Notes: generated by a model from the sequence alone, not told the origin. A stretch of 64,000 bases of DNA from Eledone cirrhosa (GCA_964016885.1 OZ024740.1:313410001-313474000), one strand, 5' to 3'; positions 1 to 13,908 are shown, counted from the first letter of the stretch. Numbers and translations: made by a program.

Positions 1-400
1 GCTAAACCTGTAGATATTGTTCTCTATACAGTAACGGTAAAACTCACTTGTAATAATTCTTTACACACATCTCACTGTGTAACACACTTCTCTTTGTGTA
101 ATATATTTGTATTTGAGCTCAGAAGGAAATTCTCTATTCTTCTTTGAGCTAATACTATTATTATTATTACAGTGAACTGTGGAATACTCTTAATTCCGAT
201 CTTTGTATATATATATATATATATATATACTACGGCCTCGATATAAATACCCCCTCCGCCTCCGTGGTATTTTCTTCGGGGTTATAAGAGGCTTAGCTCT
301 GTTTCTCGACCGTTATATCGCGTGACTATCTCCCCCTCCGCCTTTTGGGATTCTTTCTCACGTCGTGTAGACGCGTTCTTGAGACTAGTAAAATGAGGTA

Positions 401-490
401 TCCTCTTGATAAGTCGGCAGACCTCGCAAGGACTCTATATCTTTATGATATATTGTTTTTGTTTATGCCACGAAACTACGTAGTCGAGGA
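401..490 (+). ncRNA. Type-I hammerhead ribozyme motif, U3-A8 core variant, long stem II, in cassette downstream of (TA)n
   Basis: TCCTC-TTGATAA-GT(C)GGCA...TGCCAC-GAAA-CTACGTAG-TC/GAGGA: stem I TCCTC:GAGGA, palindromic stem III, GUC cleavage triplet. Confidence 0.75.
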
Positions 491-731
491 ATTTAGGAGC
501 AGTTTAGGTATGATACATTTTATTACTAATTATATCTAAATGTTTCTTCTCTCCTCATAATGTATTTTTAACTCTGATACTGGTTCAGTCTAGTTCAACT
601 GAATTGGTCTGTCCCAGTCATTCATTGAGCAACATCGGTGAAGTTGGCACCCTTAACTCACAGTTGGGTGCGGATGCATTCATGTATATATGTGTGTGTC
701 CGCATGTATCTGTGTGTTTCTAAATATATTG

Positions 732-762
<31 letters not shown>

Positions 763-765
<3 letters not shown>

Positions 766-960
766 GTGTCGGCTGAAAAATTCATAGGCTGACGAGGTTA
801 CTCTCATGAAATGACTAAATGAGGTTTATTTTTCAACATAGTCCCTGGGAAGAAACAATGCAGTTATTAATAAGAAGGGTTTAAATTAATACATGCAAGA
901 TTTCCCAGCTCTAGCATCACTCCTTCATAGTCACCCTTTAAACTTTTCAGCCGACATTTG
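763..960 (-). mobile_element. Mariner/Tc1-type MITE (~200 bp), diverged copy
   Basis: TIR-like ends GTCGGCTGAAAAATTCATAGGCTGAC / CTTTTCAGCCGAC, TA flanks; homologous to 14046-14243. Confidence 0.7.
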
Positions 961-2003
961 TATATGCACACACGTATGTGTGAGTGATGTTAAAGATTGG
1001 AACGTTGGCAACTAATAAGATTAGAATTTGACAGTTAAGATATATGTGATAATAATGACGTCTTAACCATTAGGTATTGTATGACTAAATGTTTTGTAAG
1101 ATTGGATAATAAGTCAACTTTTAGTTTAGCAGCCCTGAAACAAAATATCAACAAAAAAACCCCATTGAATTGTCTCCGACAGACAATTTACGATACGTTG
1201 GAATTAATTCTGACTTAACCGGAGACAGATATCTAAAGTTGATTGCATTTCAATGCAATTGTACTAGTTCCTGTTCTGTTTTCCTCCATTTGACAACTTA
1301 GTTAAGTTCCGATTGTCATAATTTGCCTCAGTTTGAATTCCATCAACCCATTTTATTCTCTGACCCAGCAAACATTTCAAACTTTCAATGCGTAAATTTT
1401 GAGAATAAAATTTCCTCAGATTTGCCAAATTTGAAACAATATCTCAATATAGGATGGTTGAAATCTTGTAATTTGTCCTCCACGTAGGGCTCTCGTAATA
1501 TATATATATAGCCCCAGGAATATGACTCCTCTTCTTCTATTCTGGTCATAGGATTATTAATTATAAGTCACTGATGTTACTTATTTGAATATATAAAAGA
1601 AAGAAATGACATGGTATTCTTTTTTTTTTTTCAAGAACATTTGTGATTTAAGTAAAATTTTGTTATTTATTCCGGAAAAAAGTGACCGTTGTCTTTGAAG
1701 ACCCTCTTTAATGGTTGATGTCCAGCTTGAACGTCTCCAGGTTGGTAGCTTTAAGCAAAATACGGGCCAAGGAGAAGTTTCAAAGGGAACCAGTTTTTAA
1801 CAGGAAGGATTGATCGAGGAGTTTAATACGGGTTTCAAGATTGGTAAACGGTGGAGAGAGATAGATAGAGATAGATAAATAGATAGAGAGGGAGAGTGAG
1901 AGAGATGAGTCGGTTTAGCTTAGATGCAGGGTAGCACATATCTAGTCAACTCAGAGAAATCCGAATCTTTATGAGTGATAAAGGAGGCTCAGCATCAACG
2001 TGC

Positions 2004-2048
<45 letters not shown>

Positions 2049-2063
2049 CAGCAGCAGCAGCAA

Positions 2064-2096
<33 letters not shown>

Positions 2097-2136
2097 CAGC
2101 AGCAGCAGCAATAGTAGTAGTAGTAGTAGTAGCAGA

Positions 2137-2171
<35 letters not shown>

Positions 2172-2208
2172 TAGTAGTAATAGTAGTAGTAGTAGTAGTA
2201 GTAGTAGT
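2004..2208. repeat. (AGT)n/(AGC)n microsatellite
   Basis: Direct reading. Confidence 0.97.
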
Positions 2209-2365
2209 AACACTGTGATATGAATTAAGTACTCTAATGTGACTTAACGGTTATTAACAGTTCAGAACTGGGGTAGTTTCTGGTCTTGAGGAGAAAACCT
2301 AGATTTTGAAGAACAGTGAAATACGTAAAACAGTGAAATGAGGAAATTGTAGCCAGGTCAGTATA

Positions 2366-2575
2366 TCTTCTTCTTCTTCTTCTTCTTCTTCTTCTTCTTC
2401 TTCTTCTTCTTCTTCTTCTTCTTCTTCTTCTTCTTCTTCTTCTTCTTCTTCTTCTTCTTCTCCCACTTCTTCCTGAGAGGATCGTGGGGGCAGAGTCCTC
2501 AAACACTCCTTCCAGCAGATCCTGTCAGAAGCAACCGTCTCCAACTGATCCGGCTGGATCCCAGGTCAGTATACG
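2366..2575 (-). mobile_element. RTE-like LINE 3' end with (GAA)n tail
   Basis: Minus strand encodes ...LETVASDRICWKE (A.DR..W C-terminal motif) followed by a (GAA)n tract at 2366-2461. Confidence 0.5.
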
Positions 2576-2759
2576 ATGCAGGAAAAGCATGAATGTCCGA
2601 ACATCTTATTTCCTTTTCTGTAAATTTGAAACTTTGTCTTATTGTAATCAATATTTTAGTTGATTATTCTGGGAATAAGAAAGTAGGAGAGAAGAATCTG
2701 GAGAGAGGAGTGACTATAACGGGGTTATTAACCAAAAGATAGAGAGGGTAAGGGAAACA

Positions 2760-2814
2760 TTGAGAGCAAGATAGATAGATAGATAGAGAGAAAGTGGGAG
2801 AGAGCTAAAGAGGG

Positions 2815-2849
<35 letters not shown>

Positions 2850-3328
2850 GAGAGAAAGATAGAGAGGGGAGGGGGAGAAAGCAAGAAGGATAGGAGGCGA
2901 GGAAGAGATAGATGGAAAAGAGAAAAAGAGAGGGGATAGGATAAAAGAGAAACGTTAAATGTACACGTGTGTGCACGTGCGTGTGTGTATATAGATAGAT
3001 AAATAGATATAAAGAAGGGGAGATAAATAGATAGATAGCGAGAGAGGTAGAGAGAGAGAGAGAGGAGAGAGAGAAAGGGTGTGAAATAGAGAGATAGATA
3101 GATAGATAGATAGATAGAGAGAGAGAAAGAGAGAGAGGGAGAGAGATAGGGAGATAGAGATAGAGATAGAGAGTGGGAGATAGAAAGATAGATATAAACA
3201 ATAGGAGATAAATAGATATTGAGAGAGAAAGATAGAGATAGAGAGTGAGATAGATAGATAGATAAATAGATAGATATAAAGAAGGGGAAAGATAGATAGA
3301 TAGATAGATATAAAGAAGGGGAAGATAG

Positions 3329-3359
<31 letters not shown>

Positions 3360-3450
3360 AAGATATAAAGAAGGGGAGAGATGGATAGATAGAGAGAGAG
3401 ATAGATAGAGAGAGATAGAGATAGATAGATAGATAGAGAGAGAGAGGCGA
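2760..3450. repeat. Compound (GA)n/(GATA)n low-complexity tract
   Basis: Direct reading; source of the LSIY ORFs. Confidence 0.95.
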
Positions 3451-5679
3451 AGAAGAAAAACAAAACAAAACATAGAAACAAGATAAAGATAAAGGCTAAA
3501 GTTATAAAGATAAGGCTATAAATAGCCAGGTATGCGTCCATTCTAGTCTTATAATGAATGATGTGACTTTGATAGGACGGTCTTTACAAAGCAATTTGCA
3601 AAGATTTCGCTAGAACTGGCTACGAATAAAGCAGTTGATGGCAGCAGACTAACTGAGAAATGTAATTATAGCAAAAATACTCTCAGTTGATAAATAATGT
3701 TAAAGGACTGAGCGGAAACTGGTTAAATATAATCAAATATCAAGATTAATTCCCTGTGGCAGATATATTGAGAAACAAGGAAACTGGAAAGACATCATGC
3801 CACCGATATTTCGGTCTAACAAAAAACAAAAACAAACAAACAAAACAAAAATAATAATAAATGCATAAATAAAACAATAAATAAATAAAAAAGGAAAAAA
3901 ACCTCGAAAAACAAATTAAAAAAAACACACGAAAATAAACGAAAAAAGAAACGAGAAAAACTAAAAGTATTTGCAAATTTGCAAAAACCAGCATTTATGT
4001 TCATGTGTAGGCAAACACATTACACTTGTGTATTACATCCGTGTTTCCGGGCAATATATTAACATAAAAATACTTGTTGGAGCTCTTTTGATATTTGATT
4101 CAGATGTAACAATATTATACAATATTGCTACTAAAAATAAACCTAAGTTCTCTGTGTACCGAGTTCGATTCTTCGCGGAAACCAAATAACCGAAGGATCG
4201 ATGTGGTTTTGCTTCTCACTACGTTATTTAATGTTTCGTCTAAAACAGAGGTTCTCAACCTTTTTTTTTTACGTCATCGTCCATTTTCACATGGAAACAT
4301 TTTCCACTGTCCTCCTGTATAGTAAATATTCAAAAGCATGCCATAATACTTTTGGTAAAAGTTTGTTGCTGATTCGTAAACTGACTTTTTATTTTGTAAT
4401 AAAAGTAAAATATAATAACGAATAACGCTGACTTATACTGCTGCTGCTAATGATACGACTAGTACCGTGTTGAAGAATATACAAAAACAATCTTGGCCAT
4501 TTGGAACAATGTTTTATAATGGATATAATTTATTTTTATGACCAAGGTTAGTTTTATCGTTAGGGTTAGGTATACTCGTTCATTTTTATTAGTTTTTATA
4601 TCATTATGGACAAAAATTGTTAATTTTTTTGTCCTCACTTGCAACCCTAACCTTAACCATAACACGAAATTATATTCTTTATAATTAAATTTAATAAAAC
4701 ACAGTTCCAAATGGTCAAGTTCGTTTATATATATATATATATATTTGGTGTCTAATATTGTTTCGATGCTAATTTTACTTTTGACCTACAAACCATATAC
4801 CCATTGTTGAAATTACGTACTCAATGTTACAAACGGTGCACAAGTTTTGTGCACCATTTTAACATCAAGCGAGCGACTGTGTGGGAATTTTATGAAAGAA
4901 TAAACTGAAGTTAATACGTGAGGCATCCCTGATTTTGAACTACGGGTGTGAAAGAATGAAATAGTACCTACTATTTTTCCCACAAATGACTCTATGTAAA
5001 TAATTTCCCTAAAATTAAACAATACCACTTATAATTAAATCTATTGATTAGAGTCTTATATTGTTACGGCTTTTAAAGTATTCAAAATCTACTCAAGGTA
5101 ATGTTTTTACGCAAGGAAGATGGTTAATAGAAAAATATAATTTCACTGGCAAAGTTGTTCTTGGTCTTCCTATCTGATTTATGTCCGAAAAACAAATGTT
5201 ATTTCGTCCGAAGAACTATTTGAACGCTAAAGGACCCTTCTCAAAACTATAGAAAATACCAAAATGTTCTTTATTTCCAGGGATGTTTATATCTTATCTA
5301 GGAATGTGATCCAGTTATACCCATTTAGCCTTCCTTTCTTTGCATATTTCCTTTGCATATATTTTGGGGCAGCATTTGCTGAAATATCTTCTTAATACTC
5401 AAAATCCTATATCACCCAGCAAAATTTCCAGTCGCTTACCATTTTCTGCTCAGTTACTCAATCACCCACCCAGCAGTTGAAATTGCCTATCGCTGGACAA
5501 TATCTCATAGGTTGGGCTACCCTGGTCTAAAACATGATCTTGATAACATTCCAAGTTTTATGATATTTATGCCTTTCTGGCAGTCATTTTAGGACCCAAG
5601 AGAAGGACTGGAGTTTAGATTTTGTCCATCAGAAGCTTATAGGTTTCTTTATAGCAATTAACTACATACAGAAACAGAA

Positions 5680-5721
<42 letters not shown>

Positions 5722-5941
5722 TCATTTGAAATAATACAGCCAATTTTCCACGCAATACTTTTAGTTAGCACCCCGAACACATAATTGGGAATATAATCAC
5801 TTATTTCCTAATGTTTGTTGAGTGAGTTGGAATTTGCCCGGAGTATCGCTAAAAAGCTTTCTCCGATATTGTATTTATATATATATATATATATATATGA
5901 AGGAGGTATGTTTAGATAGCGGCGGTGAAGCTTTCTATTTC

Positions 5942-5942
<1 letters not shown>

Positions 5943-6012
<70 letters not shown>
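5943..6012. repeat. (CA)n microsatellite
   Basis: Direct reading. Confidence 0.97.
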
Positions 6013-6015
<3 letters not shown>

Positions 6016-7180
6016 AATGTGGATGCATGTATATTGAATGAGAAATGGAGAAAGGGAGTAATATAGTGATTGATGATTAGATTGACAAAAGACAATATAC
6101 AGAGACATGTGTGAGTTAGTGTCCATGTTTCTCTCTCTCTATCTCTATTTGTTGTTGGCACTGAGTCAGTTTGTATCTGTATGTACTTCTTCTTGTTTAT
6201 ATATGTGTGTGTGTGTGTGTGTGCGTGTGTACGTGTACGTGTGTGTGTGTGTGTGTGTGTGTGTGTAAGTGTTTGTCTACATAACTGCACATACAAACCA
6301 TATTGATATGACGAAATACTGTGTAAATAGACTCGGTTATCTGTGTGGTGTAAAACAACCACGATAAACATTATTATTGTAACCAACATCTGGAATCTGT
6401 CTACTAAGTCTTATTTATTTCCTTCTTATCATATTCCAGTACTGACGAGAGAAGATTCTATCGAGAAGTGACTAGTGTGACATAGAAACCCTAGGTAGAA
6501 GAGTGGTAAGTTTACTTCTTTTTTTTTTTCTGAGGTGGGGATTCTCCATTTTCTATAGGTTTATAGGGTAAACAAGAAAGCCTTGACGTTTTAGTTGTTT
6601 TGCTATAGGAGGACAGCTTAATCCACCAGACACCTATGATCAAAGGCATTCTAGCTAGATTATCGTGTTTATCTTTCAGAGAATATATCTATGAATATAT
6701 TATCAAAGGTATTCGGAGTGATTTGAGGGAGACATTGCTACTATTTCATTATGACTTCACTTCTTTTCAAAGTTCGTTTCATTAAGAGTTCTTTTTCACA
6801 GCGAAGTTAATTTCGTTCCGTCTTTACTTCATTTGTCATCAGTGGCGGACTAGCCAGGTTGCCAAGTTTCCCAATGGCAAGTGGGCCCCAGGGGGAAAGA
6901 GCCTACAATAACATTGCAGGGCCCACTGTAGTATTTTAGGGGCCAATGCTTTGCTTGCAAAAAATACCTGAAATCTAAGAGAAAGAATAACATCTAAAAA
7001 AAAACTTAATAAAACAATTAAGCAAAGCATTTGGTCAACCAATTGCCCAGGGAATTAATAGAGACCAAAATATACGATAGTGCAAATAGCTGGAATCAGT
7101 GGGGTTACATTCTACTAAATCTAAAGTTTAGTGTATTCATTCATGCATGTAAACATACATATATAAACACAGACACACAA

Positions 7181-7237
<57 letters not shown>

Positions 7238-7242
<5 letters not shown>

Positions 7243-7405
7243 AAAAAGGGATGAAATCGAAAATGCAACTGAAGTCTTATTTTTTAAAAAAATATATATA
7301 TTTATTTGGGCACACGGTAGGCGTAGCAAAGGAACCAAATAAATATATATATTTTTAAAAAAAATAAGACTTCAGTTGCATTTTCGATTTCACCCCTTTT
7401 TCTTT
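7238..7405. repeat. Fold-back inverted repeat between (TA)n tracts, pLTR-tail-like
   Basis: AAGAAAAAGGGATGAAATCGAAAATGCAACTGAAGTCTTATT... is mirrored at ~7335-7405. Confidence 0.85.
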
Positions 7406-7625
7406 ATACTTCCACTCGTGTAGGACACCTCGGTTATTTTTCATTTTGTAAAAAAAACCTCACTTTCTAATATATATATACATAAGAGCAAGAATGAAGT
7501 GTTCATTCTACTGACATGGATATAAAATTGAGGCCTGTTTGCGAAATTGCAAATGAATCGAATGTTATTAATAATCGAAAAACTCAGATTACATTTATTG
7601 TATTCAGCCATGTAGAGCGAAATTT

Positions 7626-7722
<97 letters not shown>

Positions 7723-10660
7723 TAGATACAAACACACACACACATACACTTACACACGCGCACACACACATATATATATTGAGTGAGTGTGAAAGACCAA
7801 AGGTCATTATTGAAAGTCTCTGGATTTCGTAAAATACATAATATTTTTTAATGGAGAACGTAAGATATTTTTCCGCAAAAATTTGATTGCACTGTTTTGT
7901 TTCCACTTATGTATTTTTCAAAAATGTTATTTATTTATTATAAAAATTAAATGCTACCATTGTGTATGTAGGTGGTCCCCCTTCATCTGGCAACCAATAT
8001 TTTTAGACCTAGTCCTCCACTTCTTGTCATCTCATTCTGATTACTCTCCACTCCGAAATTCATTTCATTTCGAAATGATTGTAACCGACGCCTTTATCAT
8101 TGTTCAAGTGTTCAAAATAATTCGTACTGAGCTGGATCAAGAAATATTAATTAATTTTACAGTACTACAATTGCTTACTGCCGTGAGCAATTGTACTCTA
8201 TGACACCAAGTAAAAATTATTTAACTTGGGAAACACTGCAGCACTGACTACGAGGAACCATAGACCTGCTGGCAGTTCTCTTTCTCTTTTTTTCTCATCA
8301 TTTATTTCACTAGCCGTGTATAAATTTAAAATATGAAAACTGTGCATAAAGGGAAAAAGCATGATACACTATTTACAAAGAGGAGAATAAAAAGTTTGTC
8401 TGGTAATTTATCGACTCGGCTATTTGTGACTCAGAAATCTCTAATAAAGTATACTTTAATTACGGAGAAATGAACCAATATTAATGAAATAAAACTTAAT
8501 TCTACTACCCTCTTTCACACTTCAAAAGATGCTCCAAAAAAATAAGAAAAAAAGAACAACACCATAACTAAAACCCGAGTTAAAAATCAAAGCTAAATAT
8601 CTGAGGCAATGTAGATCTCCAGAAGCTCGACTTCATCTTGAAGGATGCAGAGGGGCCGACACGGGACCGCCATCGATGGAGGGCACAGGGCTGCCAGCAA
8701 TGGAGGGCACTTGTGAACCTGAATGGCTCTACACACGATGACGTCTCTGGGATCGCTGACCAAGGATGACCTCAGTCCCATCGAGCAAAAGCAAGAGCAA
8801 GCAAGGGCAAGCAAGAGCAAGCTACAGTTATATTCAACAATATTCAGGATATTTCTGATAGGTGTAAAAAAGTATTATGAGCATTGAGTAATACTTAAAC
8901 AATAACCTTAACCAGAAATACTATTTCTTGTTGGTTAAATATTGTACTTAATCACAGAAGATAAATTACAGGCAATTATAAAGGTGCCAAACCATATTAT
9001 ATATTTTGTGCCAAATGGGTGTTGTCTTTGTAGATTTTAGCTCAAAATGCTATCTGTAGACAAATTATCAAGTTTTTTCTTGTTCGGAATTCATCCGGGT
9101 CAGTTCTAATTCATGTTCAAAGACATTCCAATCGTGATGGTATTATCTTTTCAGAAGCATCCATATCTACATTATTCAATATGTCGTTCCCTCTTTACGA
9201 CATCGATGGAAAATTTGAGGGTGTTTTGGCTACAGTTTCTAGCAGGACTACCGACCATGTAGAGATACCCTTCATTTGCTCGTTGAACCAGAAAGCTTAT
9301 AAATCATGTATCAATAATGTACTAAAGTCGGTTCAATATTTGAGTTAAGTTTCTTAACAAAGCACTCTATTTCTCTGCTTTCAGTTTATCTGGTCAATGT
9401 TATCTATGACAACCTGATATTCTTTTTCCGTTAAGAGAGTGATAAGTTAGCGTAATTGATAAAGTTATGTACTTCCGCTATTTTTTTAAGAGAAACATTG
9501 TAGGAGCTTTGAAAAAATCTAGTTCAATTCAAAACTTCCGTATAAGTTAACAACAATTGCGTCACGTAACAACTAAAACCTAGTGTTGAATACAAAACAT
9601 TTAAAACGACTTAATCAAAATTATGAATCAATGGGAGTTTGTAGTTCGGATTAGATTTAGAGGTAAGTTTAATCTTTGAATATCGTTAGTTACTCCTGTA
9701 ACTTAACAGTAGCAACACATTCCATACATAGATTAGTGTATTTAATACGAAATATTGTGAGATATGTAGTAAAAGACCGATAAACGTTTTTTTTTTTTTA
9801 AGCCGGTACTGTGTAATAGAAGAATACAAAGGGCAAATGAGGACAAATGAAATAAAACAAAGTAATGTTTTATCCAGTGTATTTCAGTATGATATTTCAG
9901 AGCTATTACCCTATTTTAAGATGCGCAACTGAAACAGTCCAAGACAAACAAACGAACGATAAGAGTTTTCAGTTTTCTTCTCTAACTGCTCTATGTGTTT
10001 GAAAAGCGCATGCTCATGCGCGGGGTCGCCACAGTAACCACTATTCCTTCTGCATTTCTGACCTATTAATTACCACTAACTTCATTCGGCTGATGAAAAT
10101 GGTTTCCCTAATCCTTGAATGTCCCATACTGTATATAATTATGACGTTACGATTGCCTCGAACGAATAATACTAAGGCGACATTAGTTTAAAACAAAAAC
10201 TGGTTTTGGTTCCATCTTGGATGTCAAATTAATGAGCCTGTATCATACACAGATATACATATATATTTATACATCTATTTTATTACTATCGTTATAACAT
10301 TCTCTGTCGATGTCTTTAGGACATTTGTGGAAGAAGAGTGGCAGCGTTGTGTGTACGTGTAACAAAGAATGTAAGTGGAATAGCGACGGGGTGCCGGTGA
10401 GTCGGAATGGAAGTATAAGGATTAGAATGAGCTTACTTGTAATCCAAAGACATGTCAGCCGTACAGAAATGTCTGAAATAGATATTTTAACAGTATCCTT
10501 GTTCGTCTGTGTAGAAGTGTATTTTGAAAAAAGTATATGCGGAGATACATACAAATCCTTAAACGGGCGTGGGGATGCACTCACACACATACACACACAC
10601 ATACACGCTCATATATAAGTATAAATGTTTTCCTGTAGTATATATAACATAAATAAAGTA

Positions 10661-10922
10661 TAATTGTAAGCAGCAATAAAACAATGTTTATCACTTGGGT
10701 AAATAATATAATAATAAAACGTAGTTTATAATTTGAATCTACAGTTTCCGTTATTCACGAGACGTATAAAAAAACATTTATTTTTTATTTTTAATAAATG
10801 CTAAATAAATATGTTGATGAGTCTCGTGAAAGAAGAAAGCGCCTGATTCAAATTATAAACCACATTTTACTATTATATTTTTTATCCAAGTGATAAACAG
10901 TGTTTTATTACTTCTTCTGACA

Positions 10923-10928
<6 letters not shown>
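10661..10928. repeat. Diverged fold-back inverted repeat with HHR-like remnants
   Basis: Arms TGTTTATCACTTGG...TTTATAATTTGAATC vs GATTCAAATTATAAA...CCAAGTGATAAACA; TTGATGA...GAAAGCGC remnant. Confidence 0.7.
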
Positions 10929-10964
<36 letters not shown>

Positions 10965-10968
<4 letters not shown>

Positions 10969-11095
10969 AAAGGAAAAGAATGACTTCACTTGTAGTGTTA
11001 AAATTTTTTGATTTAATTTATAATATAATATTATAAAATTAAATCAAACATTTTTTAACACTGCAAGTGAAGTCATTGTTTTCATTTTTTTCAAA
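10965..11095. repeat. Fold-back inverted repeat between (TA)n tracts
   Basis: AATGACTTCACTTGTAGTGTTAAAA vs TTTTAACACTGCAAGTGAAGTCATT. Confidence 0.8.
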
Positions 11096-11128
11096 TATAC
11101 CTAACTGTACCAAGGATCTCACACATTT

Positions 11129-11165
<37 letters not shown>

Positions 11166-11169
<4 letters not shown>

Positions 11170-11307
11170 ACGAAGGAAATGTGGTAAGGAACCAGATGGA
11201 CCATAACGCACCAAAGTACTCAATACTTAAGGTAGTAGTATGGGTAATAGGGTAATAGGAACAAGTATGACCCCGACGGTAGCTCTGCCGTCGGGGTCAT
11301 ACTTGTT

Positions 11308-11312
<5 letters not shown>
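11166..11312 (-). mobile_element. Penelope-type pLTR fragment with terminal fold-back (family also at 34675-34812, 39229-39340, 47460-47592)
   Basis: Shared AACGAAGGAAATGTG..AAGGAACCAG.TGGACCATAACGCACCAAAGTACTC sequence; hairpin at 11255-11312; (TA)n on both sides. Confidence 0.65.
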
Positions 11313-11355
<43 letters not shown>

Positions 11356-11362
<7 letters not shown>

Positions 11363-12203
11363 TTTAGTACAGCATTGACGAAGCTTTAGAACACGGCCAA
11401 GCTAGCGTATGCATAATCGGTTTGTAGCTTTAGCACTCAGATGAGGAAAGACCCCAGAATAATAACATTACGTTCAGACAGCTTAGCAAATCAGATATAG
11501 CGGTCGGCAGTCCAGCCGCATCACTAGAGCAACGAAAATACAGGACCCAGGAAAATATTTTATACTGACCCGGACATAGCGGTGAGGCTGAGTGCAAAAT
11601 ATATAACTTACATCGTATATCAACAATATACATCACATACACCATCCAACATCAGCGTTAAGTCTCTGCAAATCCAAGATCGACAAATTCCTATTGCAGG
11701 AGTCTGCAATATAATGGTTTTTGACGACAGAACATAGGATTTACTTCTTCAGCAAGTCTTTCGTTCTTAGCCTGAGCGGGTATGTTGTAGCCTTAAATGT
11801 CACCACAGACACGTGGTTTACTCCAAGGGAGGTAACCCCCGCTTAGGCGGTGAATTCCAATTTGAGATAAAGGAATGAATCCCTTTAGACAAACCGGATT
11901 AAGCACTCAACCAGAAGTTATCAAACAAACTTAAACAATTAATCAATTAATAGAATCATCTAATTAAATTAATCAGTTAATCGTTCATTCTAGGAGTAAA
12001 TATAAATTTTAATACAGCATTGACGAAACTTTAGAACACGGCCAAGCTAGCGTATGCATAATCGGTCTGTAGCTTTAGCACTCAGATGAGGAAAGATCCC
12101 AGAGTAATAACATTACGTTCAGACAGCTTAGGAAATCAGATATAGCGGTCGGCAGTCCAGCCGCATCACTAGAGCAACGAAAATACAGGACCCAGGAAAA
12201 TAT
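11356..12203. mobile_element. Non-coding element with ~200-bp direct terminal repeats (645-bp period), (TA)n-flanked
   Basis: 11356-11558 is repeated at 12001-12203; internal hairpin GCCTGAGCGGG...CCCGCTTAGGC. Confidence 0.75.
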
Positions 12204-13077
12204 ATATATAACCACATCATCTCCATATGAATATATTCTATCCCCACGCTGGTATCTTTTCACACATTCCGTCTAGAATTAAATTGTTTACCTTGTACGT
12301 GATCCTCTGGTGTACCTGATCCATATTTCTCAGTCTACATTCATCTGTCTGATTACTTCTTGTTTATTCATGTCTCTTACACCAAAGTTTCTCAGCTATA
12401 ATATAGAACCCTTACCATTTGACTGACACTAGTAGATACTAAAATCATGCATTTCAATGCATTCAGTTGCATGAGTACAGTTAAATATTCTATCTTTGTG
12501 TACTCAATCGCTGGAGAAACCTAAGGTGTACTCGAGGCAACTTGCTATTGCAAAAGAAAAACATAGCATGTTAAGACATACATGTGCTGAGAAAAATGAC
12601 GAATCTTTAACTTTACAAAACTATAATTTAATGTATACTGTAGTGTATATTAAGTTACAGTTTTAGTGTTAAGACATAAACGAAAGCTTTCATATGTTTT
12701 CTTTTTTAGACTTCTCTAGATGGTTTCAAATATGTTCGCGGACGAAGTTTTGTTCGTTGAGACGTTACTTAATTTTTGATATCAGTTTTACCCATTACCA
12801 AAGAGTCGATATATTAGTATAGTCATTTATTTACATAATTGTTTCTACTTTTGGCACGAGGCCAGCAATTATCAGTGCATTACTGGTACTTTATTTCCTC
12901 GACCCCGTAAGGATGAAAGGCAAAGTTAACCTCGGCGGGATTTGAGGTTAACTTTGTCTTTCATCCTTACGAGGTCGATTTACATAGTGGCAGCTAATTT
13001 TAAGGCAGATTAATGATGGAAAGGAAATGATATGGCTCCAGCCAAATATTGAAAGATTTAATCAATTTTTAACCCTT

Positions 13078-13295
13078 AGTCGGGTGACGAAGTGCAGTAC
13101 CTGTTATAAATATTTACACCTGAGTCAGGTGACGAAGTGCAGTACTTTTTATGAATATTTACAGTTTAGTCAGGTGAGAAAGAGCAGTACCTTTTGTGAA
13201 TATATTTACACCTGAGTCAGATGACGAAGTGCAGTACCTACTATGAATAACAACACCTTAATTAGATGATGAAGTGCAGTACCTGTTGTAAATAT
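13078..13295. repeat. ~45-bp minisatellite, ~5 copies
   Basis: AGTCAGGTGACGAAGTGCAGTACC...AATATTTACACCTG repeated. Confidence 0.9.
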
Positions 13296-13560
13296 TTCTT
13301 TTTTGTAAGACCCCTCAGTAAGAGAAAACAACTGGAAGCTAGATCCGAATGCTTACAACGTAGTAAATTCCACTAAAACCAAAAAAGCATCTATGATCTT
13401 AACTACAGAATATGTTCATGTACTTGGTTTTCCGAATCTAGAAAGTTGACTGGTATTTGAAGAGAAAATAGCCATTGGAGGGTTATCTGAGAATCAAACG
13501 TGCTCATAATATTGAAGATTGTTCATAAGTTAACCATCATGATTATTTTATATTTCTTGA

Positions 13561-13908
13561 GGGCGGTGGATTGGCAGTTATCGGTAGAGAGTCGGACACC
13601 ATACTTTGCAGCATAGAGTTACAGCCCTTTATGATCTCAGTTCAAATCCCGCTGAGGTTAACTTTGTCTTTCATCCTTACGGGGTCGATAAAATGAAGTA
13701 CCAGTCACGTACTGGGGTCGATTTAATCGAATTTCCCCTCCCCCCAAATTACTGGCATTGTTCCTAAACTAGAAATCATTATTTTTATGTTTCTTGAGTT
13801 CAAATCCCGCCGAGGTTAACTTTGCCTTTCATCCTTACGGGGTCAATAAAATAAAGTACCAGTAATATATTGGAATAATTGCTGGCCTTGTGCCAAAAGT
13901 AGAAACAA
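13561..13908 (+). mobile_element. tRNA-derived SINE with Deu/Nin-like core: full copy plus truncated tandem copy
   Basis: A-box-like TGGCAGTTATCGG, B-box GTTCAAATCC, core GCCTTTCATCCTTACGGGGTCGATAAAATAAAGTACCAG, tail GGCCTTGTGCC..AGAAACAATTATT. Confidence 0.85.

Noticed and set aside
2714-3541. LSIY-rich ORFs
   Set aside because: (GATA)/(GA) repeat artefact
6436-6505. CTGACGA...GAAACCCTAGGTA hammerhead candidate
   Set aside because: Core halves are present but no stem I pairing or convincing stem II was found
13561-13660. tRNA gene from A/B boxes
   Set aside because: SINE head; no complete cloverleaf, and it continues into the SINE core
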